Shown here piece by piece: positions 1 to 13,233 of a DNA stretch of 64,000 nt (its first letter is position 1; each line of letters starts with the position of its first letter). Made by a program: the position numbers and the translations under genes. Below the pieces are notes generated by a model. That model saw only the letters and a program-made list of their open reading frames with translations, made no database searches and had not been told where the DNA came from. Origin of the DNA: Octopus sinensis (taxonomy: Eukaryota); assembly GCF_006345805.1 (NCBI RefSeq), contig NC_043009.1:41850001-41914000 (forward strand). The letters are read 5' to 3'.

Positions 1-21
1 TCTCTCTTTCTCTCTCTCTCC

Positions 22-51
<30 letters not shown>
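1..51. repeat. (TC)n microsatellite
   Basis: Direct reading. Confidence 0.95.
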
Positions 52-52
<1 letters not shown>

Positions 53-208
53 ATGTAAATAACGAACAAAAGAAACAAAAGAATAACAGAAAAGTGCTCA
101 ATGTAAAGCGTATGCCATGATTATATTTATGTGGCAGTGCCGTGTAACGTTACTTATGTTTCACGTTTACAACTTGCTTAATGCAAGATATTGATTTGAA
201 GTGTCCTT

Positions 209-487
209 GTATACATACATACATACATACATACATACATACATACATACATACATACATACATACATACATACATACATACGTACATACATACATATGT
301 ACATACATACATGCATACATACATACCTAAATACTCACATGCATACATACATATATACATCCATACATACATACATACATACATACATGCATACATACAT
401 ATATACATACATACATATATACATACGTACATACATACATACGTACATACATACATACATACATACATATATACATACGTACATACA

Positions 488-518
<31 letters not shown>

Positions 519-600
519 GTACATACATACATACTTACATACGTACATACATACATACATATGTACATACATATATGCATGGCTACAAGCATGCATACAT
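209..600. repeat. (TACA)n microsatellite, imperfect; source of several spurious ORFs
   Basis: Direct reading. Confidence 0.95.
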
Positions 601-1648
601 GCATTAATAAATACTTAATACATGTGTGGTGCATGTGTGTGTTTGTATGTATATATGTGTCTGGATTCACCTTACTCTTTCTGCTTCCATTCCATACATT
701 CGCTTATACATACATGCTTACATACATAAATACTCACACACATACTCACATACACACATACACGTATTTATATGTGTGTGATTCCTACGTGCGTTTTTGC
801 ATGTGTATGTGCATGCGTGTGTGTATAGAAAGACACAGATGTATATAAATATATATACATATATATACACGTATGTATATATATAGACACACATATGTAT
901 ATATATAGACACACATATGTACATATGTACACACACATATTCACACACGCATATATTTATAAAGAATGATATAGGAAAGGCTAGATAGATATGTAAATTG
1001 TATATACACAAATAATTATATAATTTATCGAAGATGCTACTCACACACACACACACACATATACTTACTCGTACACACAAAACACACGCACACAAATATT
1101 TACATGGACCCCGTACAAGAATCGCTAAACATACACTTACTTGCACACATTAGCATTAGATACACGTTTACGAAACGATAAAAACATTAAGTTTTCACTC
1201 GAAGGAAACAAGCTTAAACGCAATAAGGTGTAAGAAAACTTACATGCCTGTTTGACACTACTGATGAAAAGAATGGTAAATAATGGCTCCAATGAGGTGG
1301 TGTGCCGTAAAACAGAAACTATTTTGCTCTTTAAATGAACAGATATAGTGATCTAGAACAGGAAAAATTGCTATAATTTGCAGTGTATGAAGCGACCAAA
1401 ATGACCAGCCATATGCGCGGAAGTCAGTGAAACTGTATAAATTACCAGTCGTGCCGTCTCTGAAATTGAAGTGAATATCTTTAGGCTTTTGTTAACGGCC
1501 ATTCTACTCTGCTAAGAATCCTCTCCTCGAGCGCACCGCCATAGTCCGCCCCGCCCTGAGCTAATATCCGTAATACTGAGAATACTGAACCAGAATAATT
1601 ATAATTGCAGGTCTTTTCCCCCTGTTCCGAAGACAACTGATGACAGAT

Positions 1649-1837
1649 TTCTTCTTCTTCTTCTTCTTCTTCTTCTTCTTCTTCTTCTTCTTCTTCTTCT
1701 TCTTCTTCTTCTTCTTCTTCTTCTTCTTCTTCTTCTTCTTCTTCATACCGAAGGACAGCAACGGAACTATATAATGATGGTTCTTTACGGTTAACAACGT
1801 CGTCATTATCATCACCATCATCATCATCATCATCACT

Positions 1838-1877
<40 letters not shown>

Positions 1878-1879
1878 CT

Positions 1880-1910
<31 letters not shown>

Positions 1911-1935
1911 CTATCATCACCATCATCATCATCAT
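1649..1935. repeat. (CTT)n at 1649-1744 and (CAT)n at about 1801-1935
   Basis: Direct reading. Confidence 0.95.
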
Positions 1936-2099
1936 TATAGGTATCGTCATCATCATCGTGAACGTAGGTATCATCCTTCTTTTTCTCCTCCTTTTCTTCA
2001 CCACCGTAATCATTGCCATTATCATTACCACCATTATCATCATCATCAACAACAATAAAAATAATTTCTGACTTAGGCGCAAGGCTAGTGTGATTTTGA

Positions 2100-2260
2100 A
2101 GGGAGGAGATTAGAAGATATTATCGATCCCAATAGTTGACTGGTACCTTTTATTTTATCGACCCCGTAAAGATTGAATGTTGCAGTTAACCTCAGTGGGA
2201 TTTGAACTCAGGACATGAAGTGCAATTATTTCCTTCGACATTCTTACAATCTAGCCAATT
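2100..2260 (-). mobile_element. Old tRNA-derived SINE, family C, partial
   Basis: Diverged match to the ttatcgaccccgaaaggatgaaagg...gaatttgaactcag core shared with copies at 6.6, 16.4 and 27 kb. Confidence 0.65.
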
Positions 2261-2395
2261 CTTCAATAAATTTTAAACCACCAGTAAACTATACTAAATG
2301 AATTACACTAACAAAATATAGAACTAAACTCTTCGAACTAATAATATACACATGTATTGGTTTTATTGGACTCCTTTTTTGTTATTATTCATATC

Positions 2396-2730
2396 TGAGA
2401 CCTCCTTCGGTCACGACACTGACCGTGGGATTGCACCTAGAAAGTTACCCTTCCAGGCACAAGTCCGTCGAAGGTTGTTTTTATGGAAGACCAGCAGTCA
2501 ACCATACATACCGGCCTCCCTTCTCCACGCCACCAGTGTTATCCAAGGGAAAGGCAAGGGCCGATACAGCTTGGCACCTGTGACGTCGCAACTCATTTCT
2601 ACAGCTGAGTGAACTGGAGCAACATGAAATAAAGTGTCTTGCTCAAGAACACAGCACGCAACCCGGTCCGGGATTCGAACTCACAACCTCACGATCGTAA
2701 GCTCGACGCTGTAACCACTGAGCCATGCGC
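2396..2730 (-). mobile_element. tRNA-derived SINE, family B variant with long tail, near full length
   Basis: Minus strand reads gcgcatggctcagtggttac (A box) ... gagttcgaatccc (B box) ... ttgagcaagacactttatttc. The body is homologous to 17200-17540. Confidence 0.85.
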
Positions 2731-2739
2731 ATATACACA

Positions 2740-3091
2740 CATTAGAAAAGACTGTTGGAAAAGGAAAAAATCCTAACATCGGGCAGCAACAAGTAAGTTT
2801 AAATGTCAACAACACTTCTAAGTATCCTAGCTGTACCCAGCAACACTGTTTTCTGGTGCTGTAATAAACTGGGTTTAATGCCTATTTCTTCTATCCATCT
2901 GTTCGAATCTTTAGGGATATTTCCTAATGCGCCTAGAACTACTGGGATACAGTTTACCCGCACTTTCCATAGTCTCTCTAATTCAACGGCTAGGTATTTG
3001 TAATTTGCTATTTTTTCTATACCTTTCATATTGATCTTTTCCTCTTTTGGGACTGTAAAATCAATTATCTGGCACATTCTATTGCATTTAT

Positions 3092-3148
<57 letters not shown>

Positions 3149-4205
3149 AATCAGACATTCTAGCTTCTATTACTCTGTCAGTCTGAATGTTAAAGACCCA
3201 CAACATTATATATTTCTTACTTTCTAGTACTTTACTATGTTCATATTCATACCATTTATCAATATGTTCAAATCCTAGCTTTCTACATGACTCTTAGCGG
3301 ATTACTCTCCCACAGTTGTCCTGTCTTTTCTTGTAATCTTTCTGTGCCAGCAAGCTACATTCACTTACAGTATGAATAAAGCTTTCCGCTTTTGATTTGT
3401 ATAACTTACATTAGGAATCTACTTGGTTTTTGTCTATCTTGGTTTTTATCCAATTAGTCCTTAATTCTTGATCTTGTGCTGCTATTAACAAACTTCCAGT
3501 CTCCCTTTTCAGCCTTCCTTTCTGCACTCATAACCATGTCGCACTATAACTATTTGTTGAAACTATGTTTGTGAATCTACCATGAAAAGCCTTCTTCTAC
3601 CATTCAGATAACTTCTGTTCTTTTTTTTTTGTTTTTAACTTCTTTGGGGCTTTTGGTTTCCCGATGCCTTGCTATGACTCCAGCATAGGAGTCTATATTT
3701 ACTCTAGCTAACTCTACGCAGTCTTCTGATATCAACCGTCTTCCGGATTCCTTTCTAGGTAAGTATAGTCTTCCTACTCCTGCACTTGGGTGGAGTCCTC
3801 CATTCATATTGAATTCCTTCCTAGTTCTTCTGTTGAGCTTTGCTAATTCAGTTTTTGTCCAATCTACAACAACTGCTGAATATCTAAGTAATGATATTGC
3901 TCAAGTATTTACAGCCTTCCCTAGATTCGGACTATTTAGCTTTGACTTCATTAGCTTCCTTATCCTTCTGATGTACTCCGTCTCAATTTTCATTTTCTTT
4001 TCTACAGTTAGTACTCTGTCAGTTTCTAATATTCCTAGATACTTATAACTCTCTCCTTTCAATGATTTTATATCTGGTCATCTGGTAATTGGATGCCTTC
4101 GCTGTTGACTACCTGTCCCCTTCTCATCACTAATATTGCACAGTTATCAATGCCATATTCCATGCATATATCTATGCTGAAGAGTCTTACTTTTGCCACC
4201 GAGTG
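2740..4205 (-). mobile_element. 5'-truncated, degenerate RLE-type non-LTR retrotransposon (R4/Dong-like): RT C-terminus plus restriction-like endonuclease
   Basis: Minus-strand peptides VRLFSIDICMEYGIDNCAILVMRRGQVV (RT), GGLHPSAGVGRLYLPRKESGRRL and RMSDLV(n)DK..CQIIDFTVP..EKIANYKYLAVELERLW..IPVVLGALG (PD-D/ExK-type RLE), broken by stops and frameshifts. Confidence 0.85.
3093..3146. repeat. (TAC)18, read as (GTA)18 on the minus strand, inside the RLE coding frame
   Basis: Direct reading; in frame as poly-Val. Confidence 0.95.
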
Positions 4206-4704
4206 AAAAGGGACCTGATCACGTCGATTTCACTACAACATCATATTCGATTCTGCTTTCTGCATTCTGTTGTCTTTGAGAATTTAACTAAGCAATATCA
4301 TTAGAGAATCTAAAACGGGTGATTAATTTTATTTAATCTATGATACTTATTTCATTGTTAGAAGGAAGCTAAACAAATGTTGAATTAGTAAAGTTTCTAC
4401 TTCTTCGATGTTATCATTGGTTTTATAAATTGACGATATATCAAATGGAACATGAAATGGCTGGTAGTGGAATTAAGTAACAATGGGTAAATAGAGTGAC
4501 ACCTGATGAATAAGGAATAACAGGAGTTAAGTAAGAATGAAGTGTGAGTAAAGTACATGAAGAACAATTAATAAATTCGAATCGAAATATTCTTGCTGCA
4601 TAGAATAACAAATCTGAGCGCACAAGAAAATATGGTTAGGTATTGTGTGTTAACACTGTAACTGAATTTAGTGATATGGTGCAGTGGCTGGAATACTCGT
4701 TTTC

Positions 4705-5100
4705 CTTCATTTGTTTCAGTCATTTGACTGCGGCCATGCTGGGGCACAGCCTTAAAGAGGTTTTAGTTGAAGAAATCGACTTATTCTTTATAATCCGAGT
4801 ACTTATTCTGTCGGTCTCTTTTGCCGAATCGCTAAGTTACGGGAACATAAACACACCAACATCGATTGTCAAGCTATGGTGAGCGGACAAACAGACACAA
4901 AGATGCATGTACACACACACACACTTACACACGCATACACACACATGTATACATGACAGACATTTTTTTAGTTTCCGTTTTCGAAATCCCCTCACAAAGC
5001 TTTGGTCCACCCAAGGCTATTATAGAAGACACTTGCCCAATATGCCATGCATTAGGACTGAATCCGGAGCCATGTGGTTGGGAAGCAAGCTTCTTGCCAC
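4705..5100 (-). mobile_element. SINE family A
   Basis: Reverse-complement match to 31105-31572 (tail cagtcatttgactgcggccatgctgg, internal CA repeat, head). Confidence 0.85.
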
Positions 5101-5114
5101 AAATATATATAAAA

Positions 5115-6166
5115 AAACCAACTTACTTGTTTTTCTAAAATGCACCATAAATCTTCAATAATAATGAGATCTGGGAACTGTTGTGACCAGATAAGATATT
5201 CAACTTCACTAGAATGTTCCTCGCGTCATTAAGTAACAGCTTAAGCTGTGTGAATTGGTGCATTAGCACCCTGAAAGATTGCGTTTCCCTCAGGAAACAG
5301 TTCTACAACAACATGATGATTTTGGTCATATAAAATGCTTAAATAGTCTTGACTATTAATTCTGCATTGAAGGGCAACCATGGGACCGGCGAATTTCCAA
5401 GATATAGCTCCACATATCATCAAAGATCTTCCCCCATCTTTAACAGTTAGAGAAAACAGTCTGGGTCAAATGCTCCTTTTGGCTGTCTCCACACGTATAC
5501 TCGGCCGGTAGTCGGAGATAAGGTAAAGTATAACTCGTCCGAGAAAATAACATTCTTCCACTGCTCTAGGGACCAATTCTGTAGGTTTTTACTCCACTCT
5601 AAACGCTTTGCAGCTTTTCTTTTTGAAAGTAGTGGTTTTCTGATTACAGCCCTTCCCGTGAACTCCGGCTTTGTGCAGCACCCGTCAAACAGTTTTTGTG
5701 GAAACTGGAGTCTCGGGGTGGTCATTAATCTCTGCAGTGATTTTGGGAGCTGTACTTTTGTGATCGTTTCTAACAATTCGCAGAAGAGTCGGAAGATTTT
5801 GGTGTACTTCTGGAGTTTTGTTTTGACGAGGAGGTTTTTCTCACTTTCTCGAAGGCTGTCATTACTTTCGAGACAGTACGTCTTGATACGCCAAACATTT
5901 CGGCTGTTAACGTTACGCTAGCGCTTGCTATACGAGCAACAACAATTTGACTTCTTTTAAAGTCCGAAAGATATGTCATTTTAATTAATTTTAATTACTT
6001 TTTCTGATGATATCTGAAAAGTAGCAGCAATTTTAGCAAAACTTATTAAGCAACAGTAATAATAAATAAAAATCATAAAAATAAACAAGCTTTTGACGGT
6101 TTTATAGATATTTCAAAATTATGATTCTATGATGCTAGGTGTTTCCATTATTTTGTCCAACCCCTG
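5115..6166 (-). mobile_element. Tc1/mariner transposon remnant with DD36E spacing (Incomer-like); one TIR, 3' end lost
   Basis: HTH N-terminus (5770-5979), WKNVIFSDE, MICGAISW, FQGANAPIHTA and WSQQFPDLIIIEDLW. TIR-like caggggttggacaaaataatggaaacacc at 6166-6138. Multiple stops and frameshifts. Confidence 0.9.
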
Positions 6167-6603
6167 AATATAGATATAGAAATAGTTAGATATATGCACA
6201 CGAACATACACATATATATATATGCATATAATACATATGTAATATATATTTGTTATATATTTGTGTGCGAGTATAGGTGAATATGCTTTTTATCTTGATA
6301 ACAATAAAAAATGCTATGACCAAATAAAGGAGCCTCAACAAGAAATGACAGCAAAATTTCTTCAAATCATACACTACCGTTTGAAAATGAAGGACGGAGG
6401 AATCATTAGATGCTGATGTTCGAGATACTTTGTAAAAAATGTGACGGGCACGACTGGAACGTCTTTGATAACTGGTCTACTCGATCGGAGTTATCCTATG
6501 CTTAAGCACCATTAAAAAAAAATACCATCAATAATAATATCTTTGACAAAGTAACTGAATGAGTTATTTGTAAGTAACAACAATTTTAGAGTCAAGGTAT
6601 TTC

Positions 6604-6810
6604 TATTTCTTTACCATCCACAAGGGGCTAAACACAGAGGGGACAAACAAAGACAGACAAACTGCATAACTGGTACTTAATTTATCGACCCCGAAAGGAT
6701 GAAAGGTAAAGTCGACCTCGGCGGAATTTGAACTCAGAACGTAACGGCAGATGAAACACGGCTACGCATTTCGCCCGGCGTACTAACGTTTCTGCCAGCG
6801 CGCCGCCTTA
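6604..6810 (-). mobile_element. SINE family C (ggggctaaac-tailed subfamily) with a 19-bp target-site duplication
   Basis: Flanked by tttagagtcaaggtatttc (6585-6603) and tttagggtcaaggtatttc (6811-6829). A and B boxes on the minus strand. Confidence 0.9.
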
Positions 6811-6839
6811 TTTAGGGTCAAGGTATTTCACGATGTGAT

Positions 6840-6950
6840 GGAGCGTGGCTGAATTAATTCCGATCTTGGGTCAGATTTGTATGGTGGTGGGTTCGATTCC
6901 TGAAACGAGTGGTGCGTTTTGTCCTTGAGCAAGATGCTTCAGTCTTCTCT
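6840..6950 (+). mobile_element. Old SINE family B head fragment
   Basis: gcgtggctgaa...gggttcgattcc...gtccttgagcaagatgc. Confidence 0.55.
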
Positions 6951-8288
6951 ACTTAGCGCTAATGCATCCCCCTCCTTACATCTTCAACTGTCACATCATG
7001 GATGCTTCGCTAAACCAAGGGTGGGAAAGCTGAGGTGGTATTGCTATCTGTTCGTGACTGCATAAGTGTATTTAAAACAATAAGCAAATGTGTGGTACAT
7101 AATACCAGGTCATACTTGCTTGAAAGCGATGACTATGCTTATTATTATTATTATATTATTATTATTATTATTATTATTATATTATTATTATTATTATTTG
7201 TATTTCATGACTTTTTATAAGAATTATTTTCCCGTGAAACTTATCATTTCTTTTTTCCCTTTATTACATCGACCGAGATGTATTTCTGAATAAAACTTTT
7301 GCCTTTAAACATATTAGATTGTTTATCATAAGCAATAGAGCAATGTTTTCAAAGGATTAATGTAGCCGATTAAATGGATACCAGTATGTTTCTAGTACAT
7401 TTCTCATCGACAATTGAAGGGATGAAAGGCAAAATAGCTAAGAGCTAAGAAACTAAATGCTATAAAGCATTTATTTCGATTCCCTATTGTTTCTGCCAAC
7501 TATTTCCATTTTAAAAAGAAAACTATTAAAAATTTATTCGTCATGATATTTCAACGCTGTTGTTAATATTATTGTTATTTTTTGTAACAAAGAGCAATTC
7601 TTGAAGAAAATCTTCATGGATGAAATTCCTTAATAAAGACATTTTAAATAAAAGGCTATTACAAAAAAAAAATAAAAGAGAATAAACACACTCAAAAACA
7701 AAAAGAACCTACCATTATGTCTTTGCATAACTTAAGAAAGAAAGCCAGACAGACAAAAATGTCATTCAGCTAGATGCTTTTTTTCAAAGATATTTGTGAC
7801 TCTTTATTCGATATCTACCACGAAATTGTTAAATATCATAATGCTTTCCCCGCGAGCAAACCATTTTATCGCACATTGGTACGAGAGCACGCCTTGTAAT
7901 CATGTTCTATTCCAATACAACCAGAGATTTGCGACGATGCATTCAACTTTTCTATATCGAAATATAAACCACTTCCAGCATACTTGAACTTTTGTTAAAC
8001 TCGCTATCCTTCATCATGAGAACTGCAAAAAGATTCAAATACCTTAGCATGTCTTTTTTTTTAAACATTCTCTAAACCTGTAAAATATTCGCATTTTTTT
8101 ATTTTATTTCACAGACAATTAATCGTGAATGGCTTTTTTTATATTTCAGAGAAGCTGTGTGGATGTCAACGACGTTCCGACTTTATAGAATTTTGTGCCT
8201 TCTTGCCGTGCTTTTTCGTGTCATTCAATATATAATGACCATAAAAAAGTATCCGTGAATGAGGAAATGGGATTGAGTTCTTATTGTT

Positions 8289-8343
<55 letters not shown>

Positions 8344-9062
8344 AATAAAAAAGAGAAGAAAGTTCCATGAATACAAAACAAAAAAGTAGTCCAGTGATAC
8401 ATCTAAAAGCTGCAAAGAAAAGAAGAGGGAAAAAAAGCCATTTCAAGTAATAAAAAAACAACAATAAAACATTAGTAGCTGGAAAAAAAAAAGGCATTAA
8501 ACAACGAAAACAGCAACAATAAAAATGCTACAAAAACTAAAATGAAACAAAAATTTCAAAGAATAAGTTTGAAAATTTTCACTGAATAATCTCCGATGTT
8601 CGTTGTGATGAGGCAGATTGCGACTATTGAAACATGACCAATGGTTGGCTCGGTGAGTGCATGGGTGTAAGAATTTACAGATACGTTTTTGCATGTATGT
8701 GTATACATCGACACACAGACATATATACATATACGACGATGATATATATATATATATTTATAAATGTATATATATATATATATGTATATATATACGTATG
8801 TATGTATGTATGTGTGAATCCGTATATGCACATTTGTCTATCTATGTACGCTGGTGATATGTATCCACGAGCTTACAGTAAGATTTAGAGAAAACTGTAA
8901 TTGTTATGAGGTGCTTGTTGTATAGTTTAATATATTATGCGTTCATGAATACGTGTGAGTATGCATGCATGGCTATATACACTTATATACACTTGCATAG
9001 GTGTATACCTACATACATACACATATATCTACACAAATACACACATACACACACACACACAC

Positions 9063-9136
<74 letters not shown>

Positions 9137-9530
9137 GAACAGAATGAGAGACAGAAAGAAGCGATACATAAATAGATATTGTTATATGTATGTGTTCCTA
9201 TACGCTGTGCGTGCATCGAAGTATGGACCTATATATGTGTTTGTGTTAGTGAGTCAATGAGTGTGTATGAATGTATATATATATATACACATATATGTGT
9301 GTGTTTGTGTGTGTGTGTGTGTGTGAATTTCTGGTTGGTATAAAACACAAATAAATTCGTTTAGACATAAACTAAAGCGATATATTTGCATAATATAACT
9401 TCAATACTTTCAAAGCTTTTAATACGACATAAATATTCTTATAGAATCATATAAGTAGGGGTTGATGGGTTAATGACGTATATATATATGTATATATATA
9501 TATATATATATAATTATATATATATGAATG

Positions 9531-9604
<74 letters not shown>

Positions 9605-9613
9605 CATACATTC

Positions 9614-9644
<31 letters not shown>

Positions 9645-10227
9645 CATACACATATATATATACACGCATATATATATTATATATACGCACTCATAAACAT
9701 ACATATATATATCTATGTATGCATGTGTGTGTGTGTATGTGTGTATACACGCATGTACCTATGTATATGCATTCAACAGTCTTTCTCGCGATGGCATGTT
9801 TAGAATTATCTACTCCTGCATACGCACATTCGTTATGCATATCAGTGAAGATGTCAAAGGTTTCCTCTTCAAAAGCTTCACTGTCGTAAATTCATCTAAG
9901 ATTAACATTTAACTGTTTCTTTATGGGACACGAAATTATTTCTTATGATTCTTTATACCTTGCTTTATTCGTTTGTTTGTTTGTTTGTTTGTTCTTTTTC
10001 TCTGTCTTCTTTTATGCGTAGTATAAGAATGTGCAAATGCTTACACGGGACAAAACACTTCTTGGTTTGTTTTCAAATTGCGGCCAGACTGGCGATAATT
10101 TCTCCTTTCGATGTCCATTGTTTTTCATTGCACTGCACTTCCGGATTGTGTCCATGTGTCCCCTGTTCACACACACACACAAACACACACGCATTTACAG
10201 ACATACACGCACATTTACATATATGAA

Positions 10228-10513
10228 GGCGCGTGGCTTAGCGGTTAGGAAATACGGTTCACGATCGTAAGGTCGTGAGTTCGATTCCTGGTAGCAGGTT
10301 GTGTCCTGGAACAAGGCACGATACTTCACGTTGCTCCAGGCCACCAGTCCACTCAGCTGGTAAAAATGTGTCTCACTGTATCTCCCTGAGAGCTACATTA
10401 AGAGTACGTGTGTCTATGGAGTGCTCAGCCACTTCCACGTTAACTTCACGAGCAGGCTGTTCCGTTGATTAGCACAACTGGAACACTCGTCGTTGTAGCC
10501 ATCCGAGTGCTCC
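10228..10513 (+). mobile_element. SINE family B, full length
   Basis: A box tggcttagcggttag, B box gagttcgattcc; colinear with 35860-36179. Confidence 0.88.
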
Positions 10514-11065
10514 CACCTCCTATATTTACATATATAAACAGGCTTGACGCATTCACGGAGCTTTAGATTGTTTCGATCCAAGTCAAACTGCTATTAAATA
10601 ATAAATGCAACTTCTATCAAATTTGTTGAATGTCACTTTCTTTCGCGTGAATATGTGCATGTATATGCATACCCATATATACACACACGCGCGTACATAT
10701 ACACGCGCGTACATATACACGCGCGTACATATACACGCGCACACATATGTAGATGTACATATATATATATATGTGTGTGTGTGTGTGTATGTGTGTGTGT
10801 GTATAGATGTATATATGTATATATATATATATATATATATTTTCTAACACTTAAAGTGTTAGAAATAGTTTTTTTAGCTGCTATTTCTAACGAGTTCAGT
10901 ATGCGGCAAAGTAATTTATTTTACTAAGCCCTTTTATATAATGTAATAATTTGAATTTGCCTTAAATGGTCCCTTTGCATACTGAATACTTGGTGAAATT
11001 GATTAATTAATTAATTAATTTTACCCTCAATTGTTGAAATTATATATATATATATATATATATAA

Positions 11066-11419
11066 CTAGAGATCCAAAAATGAACGACATTCTGAAACAC
11101 ACAAACTCATCAAATGCAAAAAGCAAGACAAATCGCTAAAGACACTACTAAAAAATGCGAAGCTTTACAAAACTACTACGAAACCAACGGTTGAAAAATG
11201 TGGACGCCCGACCTACTTTAATGCTCGGATTTCCTTTTCAAACAAGGACAAAGGTTCACAATTAAAACTACTTTCACTTGTGCCACTGAGAACCTAATTT
11301 ATGTAATAACCTGCTCGGGTTGCGGATACAACTTTATTGGACAAACGAGTATGACCTTGAAAAAAAGAACCACTCTTCATAAAGAGCAAATTCGTTTCCC
11401 GCAATACAGGCAAATTCGA
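11066..11419 (+). mobile_element. Penelope-like element fragment: linker plus GIY-YIG endonuclease
   Basis: Frames give HKLIKCKKQDKSLKTLLKNAKL..PTVEKCGRP and, after a frameshift, FTIKTTFTCATENLIYVITCSGCGYNFIGQTSMTLKKRTTLHKEQIR. This is the PLE-type GIY-YIG signature (IY..C..C...Y/FIGQT..L..R...H). Confidence 0.85.
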
Positions 11420-11429
11420 TATAGGAAAA

Positions 11430-11570
11430 TGTACGCTGGACAAATTGCCTTCCGGCATTTCGTCCGTTTTTATGCTTTGAGTTCATATTCCACAGAGGTC
11501 GAATTTGTTATTTATTCTTTCGGACTCGATAGAATAAGAACCGATTAAGCACTGGGATCGATGTAATCGA
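11430..11570 (+). mobile_element. Old SINE family C, partial
   Basis: ggcatttcgtccg...tgagttcatattcc...ctgggatcgatgtaatcgac. Confidence 0.65.
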
Positions 11571-13110
11571 CAAGCCACTCTCTCCCTTCTGGCTTGCCAA
11601 GCGGGGAAGATATTGTGGACACTCTGCAGGACTAAAAACAAGATATGTGAAAGGACGGATGAGCTTATTATGAGCGAAAGTCCATTCAACAATGATCTTC
11701 AGATATCCAACTAAATGAATTCATCCTCATGGAATTAATTTGCACATGACTGAGTATTCCACAGATAACGATGATGTACTTTGCAGGTCAGTCAGCATGA
11801 CGAAGTATCACAATGTCGGACATTTGAAAAACCCTTTCTAACATCGATCCATTGTCTGTAATTTTTTGGAGGGGTTGGAGAGCTAGTTGATTACATTGAC
11901 ACCAGTGTTCAACTGGTACTTATTTAATGGATCTCAAAATGCTGAAAGGCAAATTCGACTTCGGCAGTGTACGAACTTAGAACCTAGATACCGACAAAAT
12001 GTCGCTAAGTGTTTTGCCCGGTGCGATAATGATTCTGTCAGGTCGCGGCTTTAGGACATTTGAATAAGTACAACCAATCAGCCAGTCAAGAAAGAGAGAG
12101 AGAGAGAAAGAGAAAGAGAGAGAGAGGGAGAGAGATTGTGCGTGTGTGTATGTGTGCATACATTGCACTCGCACATATCTTCGTAGACACAAATAAATAT
12201 GTGTGTATACACTTATGCATACGTATATATATATATATATACACATACATATGTATGAGTGGATGCATACGCATTTATGTTTGCTTATTTATATGTGTGA
12301 TGTATATATGTGTGTGAGTGTAAATCTACATTATGTATAAGTATATATATATATATATATATAGATATATAATATATATAATATATATGTATATATATAC
12401 TGCATGATATATAACTGTGTGTGTGAGTGTGTAAGTATGTATATCGAACTAGATATAGTAATTGTGGTATTCTCACTCGAAAACGCCGTATCTCATTACA
12501 GTTAAAAGCGCATTTTCAAACAACAATACCTGTCAGTTATAAAATCAACAATTATAATGGCCGACCAAAAAAACAACAAAACCAAACAAAGCAAAAATTA
12601 CACTACACAATGCGCCGCCATCATGGCAACATGAAAGACAAGTCTACCAACGGAAAAATCTCTTTGAAACGATCTGTTCGTTTGTTTCGAACCAAACTTC
12701 GGTCCACATACCTATTAATTCGAAATCTGGTTTTATTGTTTGTGGCTTTTATGCGTTCATTAAAGTATGGGGAGAGAGAACTGGCGGTCACTTTACACTG
12801 GACTCTCTTGCTTGTTGTAATAATCACGGTGTTCAGATGTCATTTGGAAACTCTCAAAGCATACTCTATCAGGCTTTATTGTCTTTGCTCGTAATGATAT
12901 ATTATAAAACTAAACATCTAACAATTAACGTATATTTCGGCGGTCATTTTTATTGTTTCAGAGAAGCCTTTCGTTTTTGTTGTCTTTTAAATGCCATCTT
13001 TGTTGTTAGAAGCTGAATGCACTAGCGCCAAAAACCGGCTGGCTACCTGGCTGGCTGGCTGACTGACTGATTGTCTGATGGCGCTAGCTTACAACGCCTT
13101 TAGCACTGAT

Positions 13111-13233
<123 letters not shown>

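Noticed and set aside
1415-1556. GC box (ccgccccgcc) and ETS-like cggaagt motifs, with similar motifs near 30085
   Set aside because: Short motifs expected by chance, with no linked transcription start evidence.
6004-6022. CTGATGA...GAAA motif, and isolated CTGATGA at about 1.26, 4.5, 43.3 and 54.0 kb
   Set aside because: No supporting stems I-III or correctly placed NUH.
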